The notes below the pieces were generated by a model, which saw only the letters and a list, made by a program, of their open reading frames with translations, had not been told where the DNA came from and did no database searches. From the NCBI GenBank assembly GCA_951406725.2, contig OX597820.1, positions 102,920,001-102,984,000 on the forward strand: 64,000 bases of DNA. The letters run 5' to 3'. The translations under genes and the position numbers were made by a program. Below are positions 1 to 13,405 of the stretch, piece after piece. Positions within the stretch are counted from its first letter, which is position 1; the number at the start of each line of letters is the position of its first letter. This DNA comes from Octopus vulgaris (taxonomy: Eukaryota).

Positions 1-405
1 TAGAGTTAGATGACGTCAGTAATTGGTGTTTGTAAAATTTCATTGGTCTAGAGATAGGTGATGTTGGCAGCTGATGTTTGTATGCTGATTTGGGGTTGCG
101 GTTTCGAAACCAGGGTGGAAGACTGTTATTAAAATTTTTAAACTTCTAAAGGTTACTCAGTTGTAGCTCATATTTTTAACGAGCGTACTTTTTTTTATTT
201 AAACGAAATTGGGAAGTGTTTCTAGTGCATTGATTGAGAGGGAAGATTTGGTATTTCGGGTTTATGTTTATGAGGTATTGCTCTAGGTGTTTGCTTACGG
301 GGTTTTTCCTAGTTGTAGGGTCTCGGATTTGTTGCTTGTGCAACGTAAATGTATCCCTCAAGGTAAAACTAGTTTGACCTATGTAGTCTCCACCGCAATG
401 CCTAA
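1..405 (-). mobile_element. Penelope-like element fragment (GIY-YIG endonuclease C-terminal part and downstream sequence), inverted copy of ~595-998
   Basis: ORF 176..547(-) contains CGGDYIGQTSFTLR..H.QQI, a PLE GIY-YIG signature. The reverse complement of 1-60 matches 941-998 and that of 102-125 matches 873-898. Confidence 0.75.
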
Positions 406-407
406 AA

Positions 408-1704
408 ATGTTTTTTAGCGGCACCAATTTACCTACCAAAAATACAACCCTACCAGTCAAAAAGTGCCCTATCTGCGGAACTTGCATCTTCCTCTTAGAT
501 GGCTCAACATACAGATTTAAGTTAGGCCAAACTTTTATCATAAACAATCACTTCACCTGTGCCTCGAAAAACTTAATCAATGTTCTCAAATGTGGAGGGT
601 GCGGTGGAGACTAGGAAACTTCCTGTAAGCAAATACCTGGACCAATGCCCCATAAACATAAACCCGAAATACTAAATCTACCCTCTCTACCAATGTACCA
701 GAAACACTTCAACCCAATTCCGTGTAAATAAAGAAAACACACTCATTAAAAAATATAAACCACAGCTGAATATCCTTTAGAAAGAAGGAAAAACACTAAA
801 GAGAAAAAGTAAAAAGACTCAAATTCTCCACAAAAAAAACAAGGAACAACAAACAATTTTGAAAAATTAGTTACAGTTTTCCACCTGGGTTTCGAAACCG
901 CAACTCCAAATCACCATACAAACACCAGTTGCCGCCATGTCCTATATCTAGATCAATGAAATTTTACAAACACCAGTTTCTGACGTCACCTAACTCTAGA
1001 CCAATCGAAACCGAACTTCAGCAAATACAACAAAATGACCTTTTAAGAGTATCAACAAACCGGAACGATTGATGGGAGTTCCCCACATAGGAGCCTACCA
1101 GGCAGAACGACAGATTGGATCACCGTAAAAACAAAAGGTCACCAGTATTTTAAAGAATCAAAAACCAGATCCGCTCGCGATAAAATATTATAAATGCACC
1201 GGATTCCAAAACACACCGCTACAAGCGAAAGTTCGTACACATGACGGAAAGAGGATCAGTGAAACTGCAAATCAAATCCCCTTTTCTTAATATCTTCATT
1301 TCCACCTTGTTTTTAACCTCTTAACTCAGTATGACTAAAACTTTGATGATATTCATTTCTTGTCGATCACTATTAGCATTAATGAGATTTGTAATTCAAA
1401 CAAATTGATGCACAGTTTTAATATTATCCACTGTTATGAACATGTAAGCTTGTCAACATCGAAATTTCTGAACATGTTTTTAATGTTATGAACTTTTTAA
1501 TGTCAACATTGAAATTTTTAAAGATGCTTTTCTAATTCATAATTTAAAATTTTTACCATTGATAAACAAAAAATATTGTTAAAACTAGTTTATATATATG
1601 TAAATAAATTTATTTTAAACAATTACAAGATTTTCAAATTTAGGTGCATTTTCAACAAGAAATTTGCCTATATCTTGTCCTGCATCGAAATACACCCTCT
1701 CTTT

Positions 1705-1767
<63 letters not shown>

Positions 1768-2150
1768 ATTCTTCCTAAAAAAGGGATCTACAAATACAAT
1801 ATCCCTGCATATCTCACACCTGTTTTCATTCATCCACTTCACTCTCTATTTCGTATCTTATCTTAATTAACTTTTGCTTAACCATCTTCTCACATCGTCT
1901 CCGATGAAGGGATATGATAAATATCCTGGAAACAGCTATAAAACCTTCTATTTATAAATGTTCTAAAATCTTCACAGTCTTGGTTTTTTATCTCATTCTG
2001 GAAATTTTTTTTCTTTATACACACGCTGATATATGACCTACGTTGGACACCTTATTCGCATAATCACTGAACCTGGAGCTTAACTATGGTCTATCCATAG
2101 CACTTACTCAGCATTACCTGACACCTTTGGGTCTTACTGACAACATTACC
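408..2150 (+). mobile_element. 3' portion of a decayed Penelope-like element (GIY-YIG remnant, 3' region, pLTR with HHR-like motif)
   Basis: ORF 408..614 reads KKCPICGTC...FTCASKNLINVLKCGGCGGD, typical of the PLE GIY-YIG domain. 1795-2000 is homologous to 20290-20500(-). The right boundary is approximate. Confidence 0.65.
1897..1944 (+). ncRNA. Degenerate minimal type I hammerhead-like motif
   Basis: gtct-CCGATGA-a-gggatat/atatcct-g-GAAA-cagcta-TA-aaac. The sister copy at 20354-20400(-) restores stem I (gtct/agac). The core carries U4C. Confidence 0.45.
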
Positions 2151-2319
2151 TCTCATAACCTCTCCCTCTCTCTCTCCTTCACTCTCGCTGTCTGTCTCTG
2201 TCCCTCTCTCTCTCTCTCTCGATATATATATATATATATATATATACACAAACAAACACACACACGTATACATGTGGAGTAAAAGAGATTACTCAAGAAG
2301 AGAAAGAAAGTGTACGTGC

Positions 2320-2391
<72 letters not shown>

Positions 2392-3499
2392 GTGTGTGTC
2401 TTTCTGTCTATCTGTCTGTCTGTGTGCATGCGTGTGTGTGTTCAAAGGTAAACTGAGTGCAATTAATCCACTTAAGAAACTATATATAACCAAATATATT
2501 GATATATTAGTGTGTATTTGAAACTGAAACTCCATAAATGGATCTAGATGTCTTTTGTCTTTTATCCTTCAGCAATACTCGTAAAACATAAATGGATCTC
2601 CGTCGACTTCAACGATGAAGACTCATTTTTACGATCATCTAAATTCCTTGCTTATTAAATTATCGTATACCTGTAAGAACGTTCCACTGATGTGTTTATT
2701 TTTAATGTAATTCTCAAGCAGAACCAGCATGATAAAACATTACAACGCCCGATCTTTGAATTACACGTACAGTCCAGCCAACGAGTTTCCTCACCGTTTC
2801 TGTCCACTTGATTTCACTTGAGACAATGTTAAATGACAAATAGCCAAGATACCATGCAGTGAGATCGAACCCAGGATCTCATGACTGCGAAGCGGATACT
2901 TCTACTACCTGGTCATACTGCATCCACACAAATGATATGAATAAAACAAACGATCTTACATTTATGCAACAAATTTAAAGCTGCCCGATATATATGTAAA
3001 CGAAAATATCTTTCTTTTAGCCTGAAACGTTTAACTGCATTGTTAATACTAAGTAATTCACTATATAACATTTTAAAATATTACAACTAAAATTTGATAT
3101 ATGTCATCAAAGAAGGAAATAAAATATATGTTCTTTTTGACATGTAATTATACTCCGTGTACATATTTATTCATAACTATAATGTAGAGTTTCTCTGTTA
3201 ATGTCTAGTTATTGCCATTATTCCTGTACTATTATGTAAATTCAGTTGTGCCACTGGTGATCTTGTTTACAATTTCTATAAGCAGTTTTATACTGATGAT
3301 TGTCAGACACTTGGAAAGCAAATGTAAGCAATTTATGCTGAATCTCAAATCAGAAACGAAACTGTTTCCTCATTGAAAGCTACCGAAAACGCAGTTGCTA
3401 ACCGAGGATAGAAATCGTCTGGTTCATTAAAGATTTTCCGTGACCCACTTCCTAAGGTCTGGGATAAACGAAACTTAGCATAATTATTAGTCCTTCTCT

Positions 3500-4398
3500 A
3501 CATAGTCACTACCAATGGGGGGACACTTCTCCCATCGCCGTATGCAGCTGTGAAGACCTCGTTTGTACAAGTCTGTAGTTTGCGTCTAGAGCCAAGACTT
3601 TGCCTCGGAAATAAGTTTATCATAATCCGAAAAGTGTTTTCCGTTCAAAAAAGACTTCATGGTTGGAAAGAGGTGATAGTCAGATGGTGCGAGATCGGAA
3701 GAGCAATAGGGATGAGGAAGGATTTCATAGCCGCAGGAATGTGCTTTCATCTGGACAACATGCGCATTGTGAACTGGGACGTAGTCTTGGAGGTGGTGGA
3801 CAGCTTTGGTCAGCATGCCACGCCTCTCTGCCTTGATGGTCTCCTGAAATTTCAGCAGCAGAGAAGCATAATATACCCCGTTAATTGTAGTGCTCTTTGC
3901 CAGAAAATCAATCATCACTACTCCCCGCTGGTCCCAAAACACTGTGAGCATCATCTTGTTGCCGAATAGTAATGCGGCGATCCTCCAAAATATCCTCTAC
4001 TTTATGGATAGTGTCGTCAGCAATGGTGGAATGTGATCATCCAGGAATAGGAAGTTTTCATGGATGTCCGACCACATTTGAACTGGCGATACTTGTGCTT
4101 GACTACGTCGTATGATGGTGCATATTCACCATAAACCTCTTTCATCTCATCGAAAATCTCTTTTGGTGTACGACCTTTCAAGTATAAGAGCCTAATTCCT
4201 GATCTGGATTCAACTACCTCCATTATAACACCCTAGTCCACTTCAACAACCGTAAAAAACAAACGAATACTAGTGGAAAGCTGCAATTTACAATGTGACA
4301 TGTAGAGACATGTGTATTTATACATGTACAAGTCCCGTTTCCTGCAATAACAGGAAGTGGGTGAGAGAAAATATTTAATGAATACTCCCACCCCGTAT
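3500..4398 (-). mobile_element. Mariner (DD34D) transposon remnant, internally deleted
   Basis: ORF 4017..4223 is a mariner N-terminal HTH (EIFDEMKEVYGEYAPSYDVV...QFKCGRTS). ORF 3586..3954 has MLTVFWD..GVV, TINGVYY and PHPYCSSDLAPSDYHLF (the YSPDLAP motif). Ends are approximate. Confidence 0.9.
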
Positions 4399-5289
4399 AA
4401 ATGTATTATGCATACATAAACACACGTCCACGTACACATACACATACACATATACTCTTTTTTACAAGGTAACGTTTGGAAGGGACTTCGAAGTTTCAGC
4501 TTATCCTCTGTCATCAGACTGCGGTTCACGTTGGTCTTTCTGGTCGTATATTGTGCCTTTGGTAGGTGGAATAATGTGAACGAAAATTTAGCATGGTGTA
4601 GGTAGACAGAAGTTGTGCAGAAAGAGGCCACAGAGAAGGGGAGGAGGAAATTATGCTTCTACGGTGGAAAGGGTTGGGAAGAAGGGATAGTGGAGAGAGT
4701 TATTCTGGTGTAATAGTGAACATTTATTATTTTAAAGTTTCACACAAACAAGCATATAAATAAAGTAGTAAGTTGTTGCTTCGCATTCAGCACGCAATTT
4801 GTGCTAACTGGAGTTATTCTGTCATCTTCATTGAGTTTCAGACCCACGATGAGATCGAGGTGTTGTGCAGCATAAATCTGTAGACTCTCTTAGTGGCCTA
4901 TCTATTGCACCGGATGTTCCCGATTGTTTTACAGATTTGAGCCGCTGTCTAATGCACCGAACACCGAGCTCAGCCTAGTCAGAATCCTGAACTTATTTAT
5001 CGATGCCTGATATCACGCAGTATGATGCTTTGACTTCCAGTAGCGTCCAGATGCATAAGCATCTTCACTCTGAATTCTATGCTCCTTTCTACCTTCGACA
5101 CTGTGATGATGTCATCAAACCGACAGACAATGTCACATCGTTATGTGGTGGCGGGTGAATTTCTGCAGGATTTAAGCCCTGTGACATCTCGGAATGTTAT
5201 TGTCTATTATTCCCTGCTCTTTAGCTACAACCCCTACAACTAACAACGCGTCTCCACCACCACCTACTCAATTATTTCACCTCTTCTAC

Positions 5290-5480
5290 ATCTATAGTCT
5301 CCAACTTCATCGTCTGAACATCCGTAACTCCACCATATTCTTCCTCTGCAAAACCCATCATAAACTCGATAACATTGGTCACGCCGATGTATTTGTCTGT
5401 AATTGCCCAGATACTTCATCTCTGCCTAAACTGACACCTTACTCGAGCGCTTACTTTGTTTTCTTGTCCCACATCCACTA
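5290..5480 (+). pseudogene. Highly decayed Penelope-type RT fragment
   Basis: FFLCKTHHKLDNIGHADVFVCNCP in ORF 5194..5616 resembles the PLE motif FYLLPKIHK..PGRPIVS..CPT. Confidence 0.4.
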
Positions 5481-6179
5481 CATACATGATGTGGTGTGCG
5501 TATGTGTGTGTGCGCGCGCTTTTGTATGGGTTTATGCGCGCGCATATGTGTGTATATATGTGTGTAGGTTGATGAGTATATATGTAGTGATGATGTTCCT
5601 GTATATTGTTATTTGATTACACCCCTTCTCCATTTTTCTAAACTCATTTTTAAACGTAATATTTAATTATGCTGATTGAGTTATTATAAATATTCACAAA
5701 GGAATAATGATACACTATTTGGATATAATAATCTTAAACGCAAGTATAAGATATATTCATATTGCAAATTGTATTTGCAAGATGGAATTTAGTCTTCGGT
5801 ATCTCTTTAAACAAACGTGACATATGTATAGAGAGTAAATTACATTTATTAAATGTAGAATCAATAATTATGTTTGCTTAATTTCATTACGCTATTAGAC
5901 AAGTCTTTTTAATTGTACAAGAACACGACAATATATTGTAATACATTTTTACACATTTTAACTGATAGCTAAATATCATGACTGGATATAAGCAAAAGAT
6001 ACATTTACCTCAAATTGCATCAAACCAATTAAGTGACGAAAGAAAATGGGATTACGTAGTCTTAGATACACCATGCCAATTTAAACAATAAGGATGTTCA
6101 GGGTTCGATCATAAATCTGCTCGAGTACAGTTGGAATGAGTTTGAATGGGTGCAGCGACAGGAACTCCTAGTTCGTTTT

Positions 6180-6390
6180 AAATATTGATTTCAAATTTTG
6201 ACACAAGACCAGCAATACAGGGGAACGGGTTAGTCTACTAGATTGACCCTAATGCTCAATTGGTACTTAGTTTATGGGCCCCGAAAAGGTGAAAGGCAAA
6301 ATCGACATTGGTGGAATTTGAATATAGAACATGAAGTCGGACGAAATGCCGCTTAGCATTTTGCCAGACGTGCTAACGATTCTGTCAGCC
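6180..6390 (-). mobile_element. SINE family B copy
   Basis: Reverse complement matches 21366-21596 (gctggcagaa.cgttagca...gttcaaattccgccgag.tcgactttgcctttcatcctttcggggtcgataaa). Confidence 0.7.
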
Positions 6391-6595
6391 TGAACTCTTA
6401 TGCTGGTTTTAAATACTAGGATGCAGAGAAGTTCAGATAATTTCAAAACCTTGAACAAATGTTTCAAATATTTTTTCATGCCTAAACCTGCGTATTTGGT
6501 ACAGTCTAGATTTTTTTATATGTGGCACGTTTACAATTTTACATAAAAGTTAAAAATTTTAATTAAATTAAAAAATGCTGTTATTATCTCCTATA

Positions 6596-6833
6596 TGCTT
6601 CAGTCATTATTAACCTGTATCTATGCAGGGACACCGCCTTCAAGAATTTCAGTAAGAAGAATCAATCCCAGTACTTATATCTTAAGCCTAGTACTTACTC
6701 TATCGATATCTTTTACCGAAACACTAGGTTTCGGGGACGTAAAAACACCAACATCATTTGTCAAGCGGTGGTAGGAGTCAAACACGGGTCCAAAGACATA
6801 CATACACACATGCACACCCCCCCTACAAACACA

Positions 6834-6880
<47 letters not shown>

Positions 6881-7040
6881 ATAAGACGGGTGATCTTTCA
6901 TTTTCCGTCAACCAAATCCATTCTCAGGGCTTTGGCCGACCCGATATCATAACAGAAGACTTGGCGAAGGTGCCACGCAGTGTGACTGAACCGAGAACCA
7001 TATGGTTGGGAAATAAACTTCTTACCGCACAGCCACACCG
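6596..7040 (-). mobile_element. tRNA-derived SINE family A with internal (GT)n
   Basis: Homologous to 18405-18827 and 49903-50291. On the minus strand it has an A-box-like TGGCTGTGCGG and a B-box-like GGTTCAGTC. Confidence 0.8.
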
Positions 7041-7959
7041 ACAAATGTAAGTCACTATAAATATATTTTTATACGTCTCCGGGGTCAGTAAGATAAAAGG
7101 ATTGTAGTGACTAGTTTCATCTATACTTGGAAATTCGCATAGTATTAAACACTGATTGCTATTTATATCAACTACAAACCATAGCCAGCCTGAAATGTCT
7201 AGTCTAATTTATATAACTGTGCATTCGTTGGCAACGTTGTTAATTAACTATTTTATGTCCAACACAGTGTATACTAGTTAATGTGAAATTTTAAGGTAGG
7301 TATTCATTCATTTTTTATTTTTTTTAAATTCAAAAACGTCTCTTCCAAATGTAAAAATATTTTTGGTTTATCTTATTTTGTGACCAGAAAAGAATTTTAA
7401 TAATAGCATTTCTGAACAAATATTCCGAGTTACTTTCTACGGAAATGGATTAATTAAACGAAATGTAAACAAATGACTTTTACTCAAAATAAAAAGTGTA
7501 GGTTTAACTACTTTAAACATTTTAGATTAGTCAGTATACGCTATGCAGTTCATAAATTAATTAAATCAACCTCATTACTAATGAATGTACTATTATACAA
7601 AGTGAATTATCCTTCAGCTGATACCTAGTCTGTTTATCCCTCTATGAGCAGGGAAGAAGGATAGGTGTTCTGTGATGAATTGATAACATTCCAATTGGAT
7701 TAGAACCAATCAGAAAAATCCGTTTTCTGCTTATGAAGTTTATATAAAAATGTGCTCATATTTAAGACTTATAATTAAAGCATAACGAAAGAAAAATATA
7801 ACTCTAAGCAAAATAGAAAGCAGAGTTAACAGTGAAATTGAACAAGAGAAATACTTCAAATATTTATTTCCTCACTGCTCTAGAATCAAATTTCGTCAAA
7901 TTGAATTTTTGTGTAGATACGATGAATCGAAGAATAATATGAGCGACGGTCTCTGTATA

Positions 7960-8098
7960 GTATATGTATGTAGTGTTTATGTATGCAAGTATGTATGTAT
8001 ATATATATATATATATGTATATATATGTATATATTTATATATATAAGTTAGACATGGCCTGGGCCAATACTGGCCAAAACCTTTCTAAGTTATATATG

Positions 8099-8155
<57 letters not shown>

Positions 8156-8418
8156 CATATTTATGTATATATATATACATACATAATACATATATATGTG
8201 CATATATATACATATTTATATATATATATATATAATATATGTGCATATATATACACATATTTATATGTATATATATATATATATATATACATACATATAT
8301 ATATATATATACAATACATATTTATGTATATATATATACATACATAATACATATATATGTGCATATATATATACATATTTATATATATATAATATATGTG
8401 CATAAATATACACATATT

Positions 8419-8485
<67 letters not shown>

Positions 8486-8550
8486 ATACACATATTTATA
8501 TATATATATATATAAATATACATATTTATATATATGTATATATGTATTTA
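7960..8550. repeat. Compound (TA)n-derived minisatellite
   Basis: Repeated higher-order blocks such as tacatatttatgtatatatatatacatacataatacatatatatgtgcat. Confidence 0.9.
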
Positions 8551-8559
8551 TACAGTTAG

Positions 8560-8885
8560 GAAATTTTAGAAATACTTTTTCAAGGAGATATGATAAACCT
8601 ATTATAATGGGTAATACTACATGTACTTTTCATATTTTTTATATTGTGATGTAATTGTTTGGACTAACAATGTTTGCGGCTGAAGAGAGCTTTAAACCAT
8701 CTTTTATATTAATAATACACTGATGTAATAACAGATTGTTTATAAAGCTTGAAACACGTGAACCGCGATATCCTTTGTGTTCTGTTTTTAATTTTATTTG
8801 ATATATACTTTCTCACCTCTGCCACAATCTGGCATACACAGGTGCTTACACTTATCAAGTATTCACCCTAAATTTACAGTACCTA
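8560..8885 (+). mobile_element. PLE pseudo-LTR remnant, same family as the 25681-26199 cassette
   Basis: 8767-8885 (tcctttg...ggcatacacaggtgcttacacttatcaagtattcaccc...agtaccta) aligns with the reverse complement of 25681-25796. It contains the HHR motif at 8676-8766. Confidence 0.75.
8676..8766 (+). ncRNA. Type I hammerhead motif, probably inactivated
   Basis: gcgg-CTGAAGA-gagcttta..[long loop]..taaagctt-GAAA-cacgtg-AA-ccgc. Stems I, II and III pair, but the cleavage-site U16.1 is replaced by A. Confidence 0.65.
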
Positions 8886-8904
8886 TATATATATATACAT
8901 GCAC

Positions 8905-9088
8905 GTAAGTATGTGGAGGCTCATGGCTTAGTGGTTGCTTTGTCGCACTCATGATCGTAAGATTGTGGTTTCGATTCGTGGATGAAGCGATTCGTTGTGT
9001 TCTTGAGCCCCCCAAAAAATCTTCATTTCACGTTGCATCCGTTGCATCCGTTCGCTCAGCTGGCAAAAATGAGTAATCCTGCAACGGA
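8905..9088 (+). mobile_element. tRNA-derived SINE (family D) 5' part
   Basis: A box TGGCTTAGTGG and B box GTTTCGATTC. Inverted close relative at 11018-11190. Confidence 0.75.
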
Positions 9089-9109
9089 TATATATATACA
9101 CAGATATAC

Positions 9110-9170
<61 letters not shown>

Positions 9171-9226
9171 TATATATATGTATATATATATGCATATATA
9201 AATATGTATATATACAAGTATATATG

Positions 9227-9260
<34 letters not shown>

Positions 9261-9262
<2 letters not shown>

Positions 9263-9422
9263 CCGACACGTGGGTGTGTAGTAAGTAGCTTGCTTACCAA
9301 CCACATGGTTTCGGTTTCAGTCCCACTGCGTTGCACCTGGGGCAGGTGTCTTCTACCATAGCCTTGGGCTGACCCAAGCCTTGTGAGTGGATTTGGTAGA
9401 CTGAAACTGAAAGAAACCCACC

Positions 9423-9424
<2 letters not shown>
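9261..9424 (+). mobile_element. SINE family A 5' half between (TA)n tracts
   Basis: gtaagtagcttgcttaccaaccacatgg...cagtcccactgcg...gtggatttggtaga.tgaaactgaaagaa, reverse complement of the head of 18405-18827. Confidence 0.8.
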
Positions 9425-9481
<57 letters not shown>

Positions 9482-9486
9482 CATAA

Positions 9487-9532
<46 letters not shown>

Positions 9533-9580
9533 GCTAGGCCACTGGTTTTAATTGATTAATATCAATTTCTACACTTATTC

Positions 9581-9658
<78 letters not shown>

Positions 9659-10175
9659 CTATTATTATACAGTTTAGCGTCTATAAAGACCTATGTCGCT
9701 ATAGCACAACGATTCATGAATTTGACGAATAAAATTTATTTACAACGGTCATAATAATTTACGACTTGTGTTTGCATCTGAATTATTTACCGCGCCTCTG
9801 AAGATTTCTCTAATTCTTATAGGTTTGCTTCAATTCATAATATTATGTGTTATTTAATGTCACCCGGTGATACCGCTTTACTATCGGTAAGATATTTAAA
9901 CGACTCCAAATTTAGCACAGTCGCCTATTCTCCTGTCGAAGAAACCAATATGAGTGTGTTAATTTACGATCACCCAACTTGCCGAAACGTCGTTACATCT
10001 AAGGCATCCCGTATATTAATTATTAATATTTACTGACTTAATTTACAGTCCATTCCATAGATACACATATACATAAGAACATATACACCTACATACATGC
10101 ATACATATCTACATACACTTATGCATGTATGTATTTATGTATGTATGTATGTATGTATGTATGTATGTATGTATG

Positions 10176-10206
<31 letters not shown>

Positions 10207-10590
10207 GCATGAGTGTATGCATGTGTGCGTGAGTGTGCATGTAGTTATATGACAAAACGTGACAGAAAATGGGATTATGTACATCTGTAATTACAAATTG
10301 TAGGAATAGGTATAAAGGCTTGGCAAACAGCAAATGAAAAGATGTATAAAAAAAACGTGAATTAACTCTTCTTCAGCTGTCTTACTAAAGATTTCGGAAA
10401 TTTTGACGCCTTAGACAGAAACGCTTAAGTAGCACTTGATTGGGTTATTAGGAAAATGTATCAGCGGGCAGGAAACATAAAAGACAGGAAAAGCCTTAGC
10501 TAAGTGTTAGTGTCTGGGATGGAGAAAACAACAGCATGAATGAATTTATGGTTAAGACAAGTAAGTAGGACAGAAAACAAACTCACACAC

Positions 10591-10762
10591 CAGGGCGGTC
10601 TTAGCAGTATCAAAACCCCAGCCTCAGGCAAATAAGCGCACTGGGCACAAAAGTATTTATTTATTGACAGCAAACCACAATATACATAGATCAGAAATGG
10701 CCCCTGTATTCGTGAGGCTCCTGGGCAAATACCTAGTGTGCCAACACCATAATACGGCATTG
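10591..10762. mobile_element. Putative hAT-type MITE
   Basis: Imperfect TIRs cagggcggtctta / taatacggcattg. The flanking 8-mers tcacacac and tcttacac match at 6/8, consistent with a decayed 8-bp TSD. Confidence 0.5.
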
Positions 10763-10879
10763 TCTTACACACAAACACACACACACACACACTGTATCAT
10801 AAACACACACATAAATATACATACATACACAAAGTGATGTATCTAAATGTGTGCCTATCTACCCACACGCCAAACAAAG

Positions 10880-11190
10880 GAAAAGACAAAGACCCTCCCG
10901 AGCCGTGGGCTCCTAAGGCTGATTTTCCTGATGGTGTGATGTATATATTATCCCCAGCCGTCCTACTGGGCGAGACACCAGTCCGTTGTCAGTCCACCGC
11001 ACCGGACGGGACGCCAGTCCGTTGCAGGATTACTCATTTTTGCTAGCTGAGCGAACGGGTGCAACGTGAAATGAAGATTTCTTTTTGCTCAAGAACACAA
11101 CGAATCGCTTCATCCACGAATCGAAACCACAATCTTACGATCATGAGTGCGACAACGTAACCACTAAGCCATGGGCCTCCACATACTTAC
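10880..11190 (-). mobile_element. tRNA-derived SINE (family D), longer copy
   Basis: 11018-11190 is the reverse complement of 8905-9088 and extends into a GC-richer 3' body. Confidence 0.7.
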
Positions 11191-11569
11191 ACTTGCGTCA
11201 GAAATTAATTAGCACTTCTCAAATTTCTACATTAAATAGGTTAAATCAATTAACCTATGAGCTGTTCAAAACGTCTTACACGATGAGAAAACTTAGTATG
11301 GTGTGATTTCGGTCCTTGCGAGGCGCTACCTATATCTATTAAACAAAGGAAGATTTGTCTGCATCCGCACTCCAAGTTGTTGCACTGCTATGTCAACATC
11401 ATAAGGCTGTAGACTCTCAAACTGCTCTGCAAACAAAGTTACGTCATCGTTCTGCGCAACAGTGAACTCGCAACAAAGCAATAGTTCGAGATATGGCCAC
11501 TAGATGACAGCACATACCTTGAGTGAAGAGCAAATCAAGGGTGCTAATTGATTTCTGACGGTAGTGTAC

Positions 11570-11756
<187 letters not shown>

Positions 11757-11830
11757 GAAATTTTCAGGGTGAGTACTTGATAATTGTAAGCACCTGTATA
11801 TACCTTTTGGTGGTGTAGGTGATGGAGTAA
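11757..11830 (-). mobile_element. Terminal tail fragment of the PLE pLTR family seen at 25681 and 8800
   Basis: gggtgagtacttgataattgtaagcacctgtatat...gtggtgtaggtgat matches 25698-25755. Flanked by (TA)n on both sides. Confidence 0.7.
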
Positions 11831-11901
11831 ATATATATATATATTTATATATATATATATATATATACAAATACATATCTACACACACACATACCCATAG
11901 A

Positions 11902-12222
11902 GTATAAACTCCTTCAGTCATGAATGACCATGGGATTGCACCCAAGTACACTTCCGAAGCACAAGTCCGTGCAGGCAAGCTTGTTTTTATGGAAGACCAG
12001 CAGTCGCCCATGCATACCAGACTCCCTTCGCCACGCCACCGATGTCATCCAAGGGAAAGGCAAAGGCTGATATAGTCTGGCCTCGTGACATTGTAACACA
12101 TTTATAGAGCTGAACGAGCTGGAGCAACATGAAATAAGTGTCTTGCTCAAGAACACAACACGCAGCCCTGTCTTTGAATCGAACTCACTACCTCATGTTT
12201 GTGAACCCGACACTCTACCCAC
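11902..12222 (-). mobile_element. SINE family C
   Basis: Homologous to 61968-62252 (atgggattgcacc...cacaagtccg.gca...cagcagtcgcccatgcatacc...gtcttgctcaagaacacaa). The minus strand has a B-box-like GTTCGATTC. Confidence 0.75.
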
Positions 12223-13072
12223 TTATATATTAACCTCGAGATGGTAAGTGAGTGCGCTCTAAGAACAATGAAAATCATCACTAATGTTCATTATCTCTTT
12301 AGTGATTTTAAACGAAATGTTAGCAGTTTTAACAGTTTAAATAGATTCTGTTAAAAGACTAGAAACTTAAGTAGAAATAAAACTAAGAATTTCATGTGGT
12401 TTACCCAAACATTCGATATCAATCTAACAACTAGTGTAGCTAGTCAATTCTTAAAATTGATATAAACACTCCCCTATAGTACACGGTTATCATAGGAACT
12501 TCAGGAGAGATTTAAAAGCACATAGAATTTTGCATAGTGAAATAATCCTCTCACATTTATGGAGAGAAAGTTGATCATATTCTGAAAAGTGATGCGGTAT
12601 GTTCTTCAGCAAAAGAAAATATCATTTCAAGTTGCACCCGTTTGCTCAACTGGCAAAAATTTTCTGATATGGTTTTTTAACTTATAGAACATCCGTGAAG
12701 AACAGCAACAATACTCTGGTGTGCAGAAAAAAAGAGAGATGTTCGTAACGCTATTATTCTTATACTTGTTAGTAACTAACTCCCATAAGGAGAATGCTAT
12801 AGCATCTTTATTTTAACTTAACATATATTAATATATATAAAACAGTTTGTGCGTGTATGTGCGTGCGGATGTGTGTGTGTGTGTGTGTGTGTGTGGGGGG
12901 GGTCTCTGTGTGTTCTTATAGATTCGAAAACTAGTTTGTCGATTTTGACGTATAAGATATCAGAAAGATATCGGCTACGAGACAAAGTATGTATTTTGTT
13001 CAACAACTCTTTTTTTTTTACTCCAAAATAAACGATGTCGGAACGCACAGTTTTTAGGTCTTTTACGGATTC

Positions 13073-13405
13073 CATGGACAGCGAGGCTCACCAATGGAAA
13101 AGTTCTTAAGCAGATCAGGCCAAAAATGTCGCTAAAAGCTAGGATCACCAAGCATAGATTGGCATATTTTGGTCATATTATGCGGAGAAAATCCCTAGAG
13201 AAGGACATCATGCTCGGAATGGTCAGTGGCAAGAAAGGAAGAGGCCGACCAAGAACCTGCTGGCTTGACACCATCAAGAGTGATACCGGAATGGACATAG
13301 CCAATATGAAAGAAGCGACCCAGGATAGAACTGACTGGAGGACACTGATCCAACGAGTAACCAAGAGTCGACTTCGACTGAGCGGATAGATAGATAGATA
13401 GATAG
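13073..13405 (+). mobile_element. RTE (BovB-like) LINE 3' end
   Basis: ORF 13126..13389 reads RLAYFGHIMRR.SLEKDIMLG...GRGRPRTCWLDTI...QDRTDWR..I.RVTKSR.RL and is followed by a (GATA)n tail. Confidence 0.9.
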
